From: Clostridia bacterium
Lineage (GTDB): Bacteria; Bacillota; Clostridia; UBA1381
NCBI GenBank assembly: GCA_045648165.1
Contig: JAZRNL010000008.1
Location: 50,834 to 114,833 of the forward strand
DNA: 64,000 bases
Reading direction: 5' to 3'
Both the position numbers and the translations under genes were made by a program. Shown here piece after piece: positions 47,712-56,412 of the stretch (position 1 is the first letter of the stretch; every line of letters starts with the position of its first letter). The notes below the pieces were generated by a model. The model made no database searches and was not told where the DNA came from. It worked only from the letters and a program-made list of their open reading frames with translations.

Positions 47712-48884
47712 TTAAAAATAACTAACTTTAATTCTTTTTCCCATCTTTGTAAGGCACTTTGAAAGTTCCTCAACAAGATTCATTTTTATACTGAAATTTA
47801 TGGGCAAATCAGGATTCTGATGTGCCGGATTTATAGCACGACCTACATAGAAATTTATATCTGTAGCTTCTTCAAACAACAGCTGGCATATAAGTGATGC
47901 ACCATCACGATTATAATTCCACTGCTCATACATTTCGTTATCGCCTAAATAATCCTTGGCATATTCCAAAACTCTGTTTACTGTTATAACGCCTTCAGTA
48001 ACAAGGTCAACTCCTTCAAGATGAGCAATTGGCGGAATGTCTGAATTTTCAAAATTAAGGCTCGCTCTGAGCGGTTTTCTTAAATATTTAGCCGCAATTG
48101 AAGAAGTTGTTCCGCCGCAAATGATGTGCTTCCCTTCTTTTGAGAAGAAAAGAGACATCATTCTATCACAATCATCACGGTTAGACGGAGGACCGAAAAG
48201 AATGTTCATCGGCTCTCTTTTTCTGATTTTTACGATACAGGCAGTTGCATCGTCACCGGGCTTTTGACCATATAGTTTATCACATTCATCAACTAAAAGT
48301 GTGGATAGATTTTTAGCAGTAAGTCCGGATACTGACATAGTTTCCATAAATTCAATAATGTCTTCACGTTTCCAACCAAAGTTATACGCCATACCTATTC
48401 CGGCATGAGGACAGCCGTCGCTCATAGCAATGAAAATATCATTTTCCTGTATACGAATCTGGCTTTTAAAAATCTTTTTGCCACCAATATTCATTTCAGT
48501 TTTCGGATAATCGTAATTCTTATTATTCCGCAACACAATCACCTGGGGATTATCGTACTGAATTATCTCAACCATTTCGTTGTTGATAATCTGCATAATT
48601 GTAAATGTGGAATAGGCAACGCCTCTCACTGAACACACAGGAAGGGTTGCAGCTATAGTTTCGACACACTCTTCAACAGGTAGCCCCTCTGCCATCATAG
48701 TTGAAATAATTTTTGATGTAAGGGTAGAAAGAATACTCGCTTTTACACCGCTCCCAAGACCATCAGCAAGTACGATTACGGTTGAGTTCTCATTTTGTTC
48801 AACAATGTCCACATGGTCACCGCAAAGTTGCTCGCCATAATGATTAATACTTTTCCAGCCGATATCTGCACATAAATCATTCAT
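47712..48884 (-). CDS. SpoIIE/PP2C-family serine phosphatase
   Basis: GDHVDIV...VLADGLGSGVKASILS...MSDGC are PP2C signatures. It overlaps hydS by 8 nt. Confidence 0.8.
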   Translation of the reverse strand: MNDLCADIGWKSINHYGEQLCGDHVDIVEQNENSTVIVLADGLGSGVKASILSTLTSKIISTMMAEGLPVEECVETIAATLPVCSVRGVAYSTFTIMQIINNEMVEIIQYDNPQVIVLRNNKNYDYPKTEMNIGGKKIFKSQIRIQENDIFIAMSDGCPHAGIGMAYNFGWKREDIIEFMETMSVSGLTAKNLSTLLVDECDKLYGQKPGDDATACIVKIRKREPMNILFGPPSNRDDCDRMMSLFFSKEGKHIICGGTTSSIAAKYLRKPLRASLNFENSDIPPIAHLEGVDLVTEGVITVNRVLEYAKDYLGDNEMYEQWNYNRDGASLICQLLFEEATDINFYVGRAINPAHQNPDLPINFSIKMNLVEELSKCLTKMGKRIKVSYF

Positions 48885-50565
48885 CTTGTATCGACTCCTT
48901 TAATTTAGCAAGTGCAATTTTGGTTTCTGCCGCCGTTTCGCCAAGTAAAGAAGCGATTTCCTGAACAATTCTCATCTGCTTGTCTACAACCCGGTCTGCA
49001 ACTTCTATAGTTTGTCGGCTGATATTTTCTTTTTTCCCGCGCTCTATTTCTTCATCGGTAACATCACGCATTATTCCAACTAAAAGTCTTGATTCCTTAT
49101 CATACAGAACAGACTGCTCTACATAGCGTCTGTATTCTGCAAGATATACTCTTTCACCACGTATATTCTTTCCTGTTCTCAAAACCTCTGCAAACAGTTT
49201 AGGATCAAGCACCCTTATTATGCTTTCTCCCAAAACATCCGAATTTGAACGGATATTCATCATATTTCGCGCCGCCTCATTTATCTGCTGCACCTCTAAT
49301 TTTTCATTAAGAACTATAAGACCATTTGGAGTGTTTTTAACAATTGTGTCAGAGAAGCTTTCCGCCTTATCCTTCAGGAAAGGTAAGCACATAGAAATTT
49401 CAGCCTTACCCTGACAAATGGCAATTGCTTTTTCACGGCAGGTATTGTATCCACAAGAACCGCAGTTTAGTTCATCAGAAGGTTTAAATTTTCCCATTTC
49501 TCTCAAAACTGCAAATATTTCTGTTTCACTTGGCATAGCAAGCTTATGCTCTATATATTCAAACTGTTTTTTTAGCTCTGCAGGCTTTGGCTCACTAACA
49601 TCAAAATCATCTTTTCCTGCATAATCCGCAATTGTTATATAGTCTTTAACAGGAGCTGTTCTATGATATTTTTCCATAACAGGACCACCAATACAACTTC
49701 CCACACAGGCAGACATTTCTATAAAGCACTTGTGAATTTTTCCGTTTTCTATATCCCGAAGAGCATCAATACAGTTCTGAACTCCATCAAGGGCTATATA
49801 GTTATATCCGGGAGCGTCCAATGACATTGTTTTCAGAATTCCTCCTGTTGTGGGGAAAAATCTTGCCCTGCTCCGGTCATTCACGTCCATTTTCGGTTTA
49901 AGCTCTATATTCTTTTCCTTGAGCCATACAGATAGCTCTTCAAATGTTAAAACTGCATCAACAATACCCTCGTAATGTTCAGCTTCATCTTTTTTCGCCA
50001 CACAAGGGCCAATAAATACAGTCTTTGCATTCGGATACCTTTTCTTTATATCTACGCAATGTGCCTGCATAGGAGAAACAACATCTGCCAAATATTCAAG
50101 CGCTGCTGGAAAATACTTCTGTATAAGCAAGTTAATAGAATGACAGCAGGATGAAATGATAATATCTCTATCATCCTCACGGAGCATTCTTTCATACTCA
50201 TTTTTAACGATTGTTGCACCGATGGCAGTTTCTTCAACATCATAGAAACCGAGTTGTTTGAGAGCTTCCCTCATAGACTCAATTCCAATGCCCTCATAAT
50301 TCGCAACAAAAGACGGTGCCAAGCTCACAATAACCGGTTCACCGCCTTGCAATAAGACTTTTGCCTTTTCAGTTTCATCAACAATCTGCTTAGCATTCTG
50401 AGGGCAAACAACAAAACACTGTCCGCATAAAATACATTCATTTCCAATAATATGCGCCTGATTTCCTGAAAATCGTATCGATTTAACAGGACAATGACGA
50501 ATACATTTGTAACAGTTCTTACAGTTGGATTTTTTTAAAGTTAAGCAATTGGGCATATTCGTCAC
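48877..50565 (-). CDS. hydS: Sensory [FeFe]-hydrogenase (group C, HydS/HfsB-like) with C-terminal PAS domain
   Basis: N-terminal CKNCYKCIRHCP / CILCGQCFVVCP. H-domain motif variants SSCCHS, GPCVAKKDE and EMSACVGSCIGG. An extra CGSCGYNTC-x16-C (Cx2Cx4Cx16C) site, then a PAS-like region (NTPNGLIVLNEKLEVQQINEAARNMM). Confidence 0.85.
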   Translation of the reverse strand: MTNMPNCLTLKKSNCKNCYKCIRHCPVKSIRFSGNQAHIIGNECILCGQCFVVCPQNAKQIVDETEKAKVLLQGGEPVIVSLAPSFVANYEGIGIESMREALKQLGFYDVEETAIGATIVKNEYERMLREDDRDIIISSCCHSINLLIQKYFPAALEYLADVVSPMQAHCVDIKKRYPNAKTVFIGPCVAKKDEAEHYEGIVDAVLTFEELSVWLKEKNIELKPKMDVNDRSRARFFPTTGGILKTMSLDAPGYNYIALDGVQNCIDALRDIENGKIHKCFIEMSACVGSCIGGPVMEKYHRTAPVKDYITIADYAGKDDFDVSEPKPAELKKQFEYIEHKLAMPSETEIFAVLREMGKFKPSDELNCGSCGYNTCREKAIAICQGKAEISMCLPFLKDKAESFSDTIVKNTPNGLIVLNEKLEVQQINEAARNMMNIRSNSDVLGESIIRVLDPKLFAEVLRTGKNIRGERVYLAEYRRYVEQSVLYDKESRLLVGIMRDVTDEEIERGKKENISRQTIEVADRVVDKQMRIVQEIASLLGETAAETKIALAKLKESIQDE

Positions 50566-50822
50566 ATCCTTTCATTATTAATTACAGATAACACTTTTTC
50601 TTCGAAAAATTCTTTAAAATTATCGCGGTTAATTCCTGTATGTATTACATCATCCACCTGAACAGTTACTCCAAGACGATTACACTTACCGATACAGAAG
50701 CTTCCCGTAAGCGCAACTTCATTCCGAAGATTATTTTCTTCAATAGCTTCAGTAAACAACTCAACTATTTCAGGTGAACCCTTTATATAGCATGAACTGC
50801 CTATGCATATTTGAATTAACAT
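50562..50822 (-). CDS. Thioredoxin-like [2Fe-2S] ferredoxin (HfsA/NuoE-like), copy 2
   Basis: 86 aa with the four-Cys pattern CIGSSC...CIGKC. Confidence 0.7.
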   Translation of the reverse strand: MLIQICIGSSCYIKGSPEIVELFTEAIEENNLRNEVALTGSFCIGKCNRLGVTVQVDDVIHTGINRDNFKEFFEEKVLSVINNERM

Positions 50823-50826
50823 TTCT

Positions 50827-51066
50827 TCACACCTTTGCTGCTATAACATTTTCGAAAAATTCATTAACATTCTCGGGTGTAACTGAATGGAACTCTTCAT
50901 CAACAGTTACACATACACCCTGCTGACATTTACCAAGACAAAAAGTGCCGCCAAGTTCCACTTTATCACCAAGATTGCTTTCATTTATAAGATTCTGAAG
51001 CTCTTCAACGACCAAGCGAGAACCTTTGATATGGCATGAACTGCCAATACAAACTGTTACTTTCAT
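50827..51066 (-). CDS. Thioredoxin-like [2Fe-2S] ferredoxin (HfsA/NuoE-like), copy 1
   Basis: From MKVTVCIGSSCHIKGS...FCLGKC, a paralogue of the downstream gene. The 112-aa ORF start at 51165 has no homology support. Confidence 0.65.
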   Translation of the reverse strand: MKVTVCIGSSCHIKGSRLVVEELQNLINESNLGDKVELGGTFCLGKCQQGVCVTVDEEFHSVTPENVNEFFENVIAAKV

Positions 51067-51136
51067 TTTATATTCAATCCTTTCATATATGGAGGGTAAT
51101 TTCTCGTATATCAATAATAACCCCGATTGTGAATTT

Positions 51137-51207
51137 ATTGTATCATAAACAACGCCAAAAATCAATGGTTATCTACAAATTCCATCATATTGATAAATTT
51201 TTCACAA
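51137..51207 (-). promoter_or_regulatory. Candidate promoter and Rex-like operator of the hydrogenase/fumarate cluster
   Basis: On the minus strand: TTGATT (51165-51160), 17 nt, TG-n-TACAAT (51142-51137). Upstream lies the 18-mer TTGTGAAAAATTTATCAA (51207-51190), which fits TTGTGAA-N4-TTCACAA with 2 mismatches. A lone TTCACAA half-site follows the -10. Confidence 0.35.
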
Positions 51208-51281
51208 TATCTTGATATAATATATATTTTTTTTATTAAAAATAATGATTACATAGATAAAAAGTTATATAATACCATAAC

Positions 51282-51316
51282 AAAAACCGTATAAGAGTTT
51301 ACTCCTATACGGTTTA
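51282..51316 (-). terminator. Intrinsic terminator of the nucleoside ABC operon
   Basis: On the minus strand: AAACCGTATAGGAG-TAAA-CTCTTATACGGTTTTTG. Confidence 0.7.
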
Positions 51317-51363
51317 AATTTTGCTTCAAATTTACAGTAAAATGTAAATCAACAACCTCTTAT

Positions 51364-52350
51364 TTATCGCTCCTCTCGGAAATATGGCAATCCTAAAGCT
51401 GCAGGAGGCTGATGCTCCTTTTTGTTCCTCATGCTGGTTATAATCAGAACTATTATTGTGACAACATAGGGAAGCATTTCAAAAAGCTTTTTAGCACTAA
51501 CACTGATATCCGGAATATACGTAGGTATAACATATAAAAACCCAAACAATATAGAGCCTAAAATACTGATAGATGGACGCCAGACAGAGAATATTACCAA
51601 AGCAATCGAAAGCCAGCCTCGATCACCAAATCCGTTGTTCGACCACACACCGTTTGCATAGTCCATTACATAGTAAAGTCCGCCAAGTCCTGCAATTGCG
51701 CTTCCTATACAGGTTGACAAGTATTTATATCTTGTAACATTTATTCCTGCCGCATCAGCAGTTTCGGGGCTTTCACCCACTGCCCTCAAGTGCAGTCCTA
51801 CTCTGGTTTTATTAAGAATATAAGACGATACAAGTGCAATTATAATTGACACATACACCAAAAATCCGTAAGAAAGAAATATATCTCCAAACCAACCTAA
51901 ACTGGCAGCAAACGGCAGTTGGCTTTTAAAGCAGTTACTTGTATTTGAAAGAGCAATCGAAGGAACATCGGAATCTACAAGCTTAATTAAAGAGCCGCCA
52001 AAGAAATTACCAATACCTATACCAAATGTAGTAAGAGCAAGTCCTGTTACATTTTGATTTGCACGCAGGGTTACTGTCAGGAAGCAATAAATCAGCCCCA
52101 TCAGTGTTGAACCTATTAATGAACAAATCAATGGTATTAAGACCGCTAATAACGGATTAAGAAGTTCAGGAGATGCAACACTTTGTTCATATAAAAATGC
52201 ACCAGCAACACCGCTTATTGCACCAACATACATAATTCCCGGAATACCCAGATTAAGATGACCGGATTTTTCAGTGAGTATTTCACCAGTAGAACCAAGA
52301 AGCAAAGGAGTTCCCTGCATAACCGCACGTTGAATAATTGTGGATATCAT
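51364..52350 (-). CDS. ABC transporter permease (BMP/nucleoside type)
   Basis: 328 aa polytopic protein. It overlaps the preceding permease gene by 4 nt, within an operon that also encodes a BMP lipoprotein. Confidence 0.85.
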   Translation of the reverse strand: MISTIIQRAVMQGTPLLLGSTGEILTEKSGHLNLGIPGIMYVGAISGVAGAFLYEQSVASPELLNPLLAVLIPLICSLIGSTLMGLIYCFLTVTLRANQNVTGLALTTFGIGIGNFFGGSLIKLVDSDVPSIALSNTSNCFKSQLPFAASLGWFGDIFLSYGFLVYVSIIIALVSSYILNKTRVGLHLRAVGESPETADAAGINVTRYKYLSTCIGSAIAGLGGLYYVMDYANGVWSNNGFGDRGWLSIALVIFSVWRPSISILGSILFGFLYVIPTYIPDISVSAKKLFEMLPYVVTIIVLIITSMRNKKEHQPPAALGLPYFREER

Positions 52351-53453
52351 TTCCTCTCCTCCTTCTTGTTAAATTTAATTTTATAGTTTATAAAAAACTC
52401 ACAACCGATAATAAAAAATATAATTATACCCGTTATTATATCAGAAAATGATGAATTGAGTCTGTAGACTTCTGAAATCTTGGATGCACCCTTTTGTAAA
52501 AAGACTATAAGAAGCGAAGTAAGCACCATAAATACAGGATTAAATTTCGCCAGCCAGGAAACCATAATAGCGGTAAAACCTCTGCCGCCGGCAGTATCAC
52601 TTTTCAGTGAATGGTCTGTTCCTGCAACCAGTAAAAAACCTGCAATACCGCAGAGTGCACCTGAAATTGCCATAGTGCGAAGCACTACTTTTTTTACATT
52701 AATTCCAATATATCTGGCAGTTTTTTCACTTTCACCAACAACAGAAATTTCATATCCCTGTTTGCTATATTTAAGGTAGATGTACACAATAACAGTAAGC
52801 AAAGCAACTATTAGAATATTAATAAGATATTTCTGACCGAAAAGTGCGGGAAGCTGACCAAACTCAAGAGTTCTTGGCGTTCCCGAGCCCTTTGGCATGG
52901 ACCATTCTAATGTGTAATATGCCACAATTTGTATGGCTACATAGTTCATCATAAGAGTAAACAATGTTTCGTTTGAGTTAAATCTGGTTTTAAAATATGC
53001 AGGAACAAATCCCCAGATAGCTCCCGAAACAATACTAACGACAAACATTATTGGTATAAGTAAATAATCAGGAATTTTACCGCCGAGAAAAATCATACAC
53101 GCCGCTGTTGCAAGGCCACCTATTAATATCTGCCCTTCTGCACCTATATTCCAGAATTTCATTTTAAAAGCAGGAGTAACTGCAAGTGCTACACAAAGCA
53201 AAATCGCAGTATTCTGGAAAAGATTCCACGCAAGACGAGGAGTTCCAACAGCCCCATCTATCATCGTTATATACATTTCCAATGGATTAAGGTCTGTTAA
53301 AGAAACAGTCACAAATCCACACACAACAAGAGCAAACAGAACTGCAGCAATTCTTATAACCCACGCCTTCCACCAAACAAGTTCATCACGTTTGATTATA
53401 TGCGCCATAGCGCTGCCCAGAGCGGACCAGCATAAATTATCAAGTTTTTTCAT
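52347..53453 (-). CDS. ABC transporter permease (BMP/nucleoside type)
   Basis: 368 aa polytopic protein. Its start codon overlaps the ATPase stop codon by 1 nt. Confidence 0.85.
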   Translation of the reverse strand: MKKLDNLCWSALGSAMAHIIKRDELVWWKAWVIRIAAVLFALVVCGFVTVSLTDLNPLEMYITMIDGAVGTPRLAWNLFQNTAILLCVALAVTPAFKMKFWNIGAEGQILIGGLATAACMIFLGGKIPDYLLIPIMFVVSIVSGAIWGFVPAYFKTRFNSNETLFTLMMNYVAIQIVAYYTLEWSMPKGSGTPRTLEFGQLPALFGQKYLINILIVALLTVIVYIYLKYSKQGYEISVVGESEKTARYIGINVKKVVLRTMAISGALCGIAGFLLVAGTDHSLKSDTAGGRGFTAIMVSWLAKFNPVFMVLTSLLIVFLQKGASKISEVYRLNSSFSDIITGIIIFFIIGCEFFINYKIKFNKKEERK

Positions 53454-55006
53454 TACTGCTCCCCTCCCTTTTCTAATTCAGTATCATTCATAGATTTTGT
53501 CATAAGAATTCCAATCTCTTCTTTTGTGGTGTTTCTTCCGTCCACAATTCCGGTTATTTTCCCGGAACCGATAACCATAATCCTATCGCAAAGCTCCACA
53601 AGAACATCAAGATCCTCGCCCACAAAAATGACCGCCACACCTTTTTTCTTTTGCTCGTTTAAAAGATTATATATTGTGTATGATGAGTTTATATCAAGAC
53701 CTCTTACCGGATACGCCGCCATAAGAACTGTAGGTGAAGATGCAATTTCACGACCGACCAGTATTTTTTGTACATTTCCTCCCGAAAGCCTTCTCACAGG
53801 AGTATGCGCAGAAGGTGTTACTACCTCAAGCCTTTCTATAATCTCTTCCGCTAAAGATTTCGGCTTTTTTCTCTGAAGAAATACAGATTTGCCTTTTTTA
53901 TAGCTTCTGAGCATCATATTATCCACAATATCCATATTCCCCACAAGACCCATACCTAACCGGTCTTCGGGAACAAAAGCAAGTCTTACACCCATTTGTC
54001 TGATTTCAAGAGGAGTTTTATCACGGAGATCTTCTTTTTTGCAGGTTTTAGGATTATTATATATAATACTACCGCTATCAAGGTACTGCAGACCTGCTAT
54101 AGCTTCTAAAAGCTCCCTTTGTCCGCTACCTGCTATACCCGCTATACCTAAAATTTCACCGGAACGAGCACAGAAAGAAACATTGTCAAGAAGCTTTACA
54201 CCATCACGATTTATACAGTCAATATTTTCAACAACAAGTCTGTCAGAACAATTTTCAGGTTCACTGCGCTCAATGTTGAGAGTAATCTTTTTACCCACCA
54301 TCATCTCGGTAAGCTCTGCTTCGTTAGTTTCTGAGGTTTTAACCGTTCCTACATACTCGCCTTTGCGAAGAACAGCCACATTATCAGAAAGCGAAAGAAC
54401 TTCGTGAAGCTTATGAGTAATAATTATAATAGCCTTTCCACTTTCACGCATATTGCGAAGAACCTTAAAAAGCTTAACCGTCTCCTGAGGAGTGAGCACC
54501 GCTGTAGGCTCATCAAGGATCAGAATATCTGCACCTCTGTAAAGCACTTTTACAATCTCCACGGTTTGCTTTTCTGAAACTGACATTTCATATATCTTTT
54601 TATAAGGGTCAAGCTCAAAGCCATATTTATCGGTTATCGCCTTGATTTTTTCTATATTCCCGGGCATATCAAAGCCCTTTTCATCTGCCAGTCCCAAAAC
54701 GATATTTTCTGCCGCACTAAAAACATCAACCAACTTAAAATGTTGATGTATCATTCCTATTTTGTGTTCAAATGCATCTTTAGGTGATGCAATAACAATC
54801 TCCCTTCCATCAGCAAAAATCTGACCACTATCGGGATAGTATATACCGGAGACCATATTCATAAGAGTAGTTTTACCACTTCCGTTCTCGCCGAGAATAG
54901 AAAGTATCTCACCTTTGCAAACCTGAAGAGATATGTTCTTATTGGCAACAACACTGCCAAAGGTTTTAGTAATGTTTCTGAGTTCAAGAGCTATATTCTT
55001 TTCCAT
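53453..55006 (-). CDS. Fused double ABC ATPase (nucleoside/sugar importer type)
   Basis: Two ABC cassettes: GENGSGKTT...ILILDEP and GIAGSGQRE...LSGGNVQK. Confidence 0.9.
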   Translation of the reverse strand: MEKNIALELRNITKTFGSVVANKNISLQVCKGEILSILGENGSGKTTLMNMVSGIYYPDSGQIFADGREIVIASPKDAFEHKIGMIHQHFKLVDVFSAAENIVLGLADEKGFDMPGNIEKIKAITDKYGFELDPYKKIYEMSVSEKQTVEIVKVLYRGADILILDEPTAVLTPQETVKLFKVLRNMRESGKAIIIITHKLHEVLSLSDNVAVLRKGEYVGTVKTSETNEAELTEMMVGKKITLNIERSEPENCSDRLVVENIDCINRDGVKLLDNVSFCARSGEILGIAGIAGSGQRELLEAIAGLQYLDSGSIIYNNPKTCKKEDLRDKTPLEIRQMGVRLAFVPEDRLGMGLVGNMDIVDNMMLRSYKKGKSVFLQRKKPKSLAEEIIERLEVVTPSAHTPVRRLSGGNVQKILVGREIASSPTVLMAAYPVRGLDINSSYTIYNLLNEQKKKGVAVIFVGEDLDVLVELCDRIMVIGSGKITGIVDGRNTTKEEIGILMTKSMNDTELEKGGEQ

Positions 55007-55124
55007 AATAATCTCCATCTTTTAAAATATTGTATTTTTTAATAAACATGCCAACTCTGTTTATGAAAAAACGCAATTAAGTTAATATAGGGCGGAAAAT
55101 CTCCCGCCCTATATATAAAACCAA

Positions 55125-56351
55125 TTAGAACTTACTATTCAAAAGTGTGATGCCATCAATCTGGAGGTCAAAGTAAGGAGCACTACGGAATTCTGATTCA
55201 TGGAAATAACCGTCAGCAATTACTTCAGTATCCTTTTCATAGTTAGCATCTGTATCTACATCTGCAAAATAAGAATCAAGCTTCTTACCTTCTACAGTAA
55301 ATGCACTTGTGTCAAATACATTGATTTCACCTGCAACAAGCTTAGCCTTTGCTTCATCGATAGCTTCCTTAGTTCCCTTAGCAGCAACATTTTCGTTAAC
55401 ATCTGTAAGCTTTACAGAACCAACTTCGAAGCCTTCGCACCAGTCAACAGCAATTTCTTCGCCATTAAGAACTGCATTTATTATATACTTGAAGTAAGGA
55501 GCCCAGTCAATTCTTGAAGAAACAATGAATGTGTTAGGACAAGCACTCTGTGTGCTTCCATTGTAGGAAACGTTAGGAACACCTGCGTTTTCACAAGCTG
55601 TGGGAGCACCCATAGAGTCGGCATGCTGGCTGATAAGAACACAGTTGTTGCTCAAAAGCTTTGTAGCAGCTTCTTTTTCAAGAGCTTCGTCATACCAGCT
55701 GCCTGTGAACTGAACTTCCATTGTTACACTGGGGCATACAGACTTTGCGCCAAGGTAGAAAGATGTGTAACCTGAAACAACTTCAGCATAGGTATAAGCA
55801 CCTACATAACCCATCTTTGCCTGGTCAGCTGTAATCTTGCCGCTTTCAATCATTTCGTTGAGCTTCATACCAGCAGCGATACCTGCAAGATATCTACCCT
55901 CGTAAATTGATGCGAATGCATTATGGAAATTAGGAACATTTTCTGTATGAGCAGTTGTACCTGTTGCATGGCAGAATTCTACTTCCGGGAATTCCTTAGC
56001 AGCCTTCAACATATAAGGCTCATGACCGAAGCTATTTGCAAATACGATATTGCAACCCTGGTCTGCAAGGTCTGCAGCTGCTTCATAACATTCGTTACCT
56101 TCAGGAATATTTGTTTTGAAAATAACCTGTTCAGATTTGAGACCAAGCTCTGCAGTAGCTGCTTCTGCTGCTTCAAGGAAATTCTTGTCATATGTTGAGT
56201 TTTCATCGTGCAAGAAAATGAAACCAATCTTGAAATCAGCCATAGCGCTTGTGTTTGATGCTGTTGTGTCTTTGTTGTCGCAAGCTGTAAGAATGCCAAG
56301 AGCTGATACAAGCATTACAACAACAAGAAGTACTGAAAAAATCTTTTTCAT
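55125..56351 (-). CDS. BMP-family (PnrA/Med-like) substrate-binding lipoprotein
   Basis: Signal peptide ending in the lipobox LTAC. AGGAGG RBS before ATG 56351. BMP-like body (KIGFIFLHDENSTYDKNF). Confidence 0.85.
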   Translation of the reverse strand: MKKIFSVLLVVVMLVSALGILTACDNKDTTASNTSAMADFKIGFIFLHDENSTYDKNFLEAAEAATAELGLKSEQVIFKTNIPEGNECYEAAADLADQGCNIVFANSFGHEPYMLKAAKEFPEVEFCHATGTTAHTENVPNFHNAFASIYEGRYLAGIAAGMKLNEMIESGKITADQAKMGYVGAYTYAEVVSGYTSFYLGAKSVCPSVTMEVQFTGSWYDEALEKEAATKLLSNNCVLISQHADSMGAPTACENAGVPNVSYNGSTQSACPNTFIVSSRIDWAPYFKYIINAVLNGEEIAVDWCEGFEVGSVKLTDVNENVAAKGTKEAIDEAKAKLVAGEINVFDTSAFTVEGKKLDSYFADVDTDANYEKDTEVIADGYFHESEFRSAPYFDLQIDGITLLNSKF

Positions 56352-56412
56352 TTTGTTACCTCCTGCCTTTTCCGGCAAATTATTTATGTAAAAAAGCTTT
56401 ACATACAAAATA

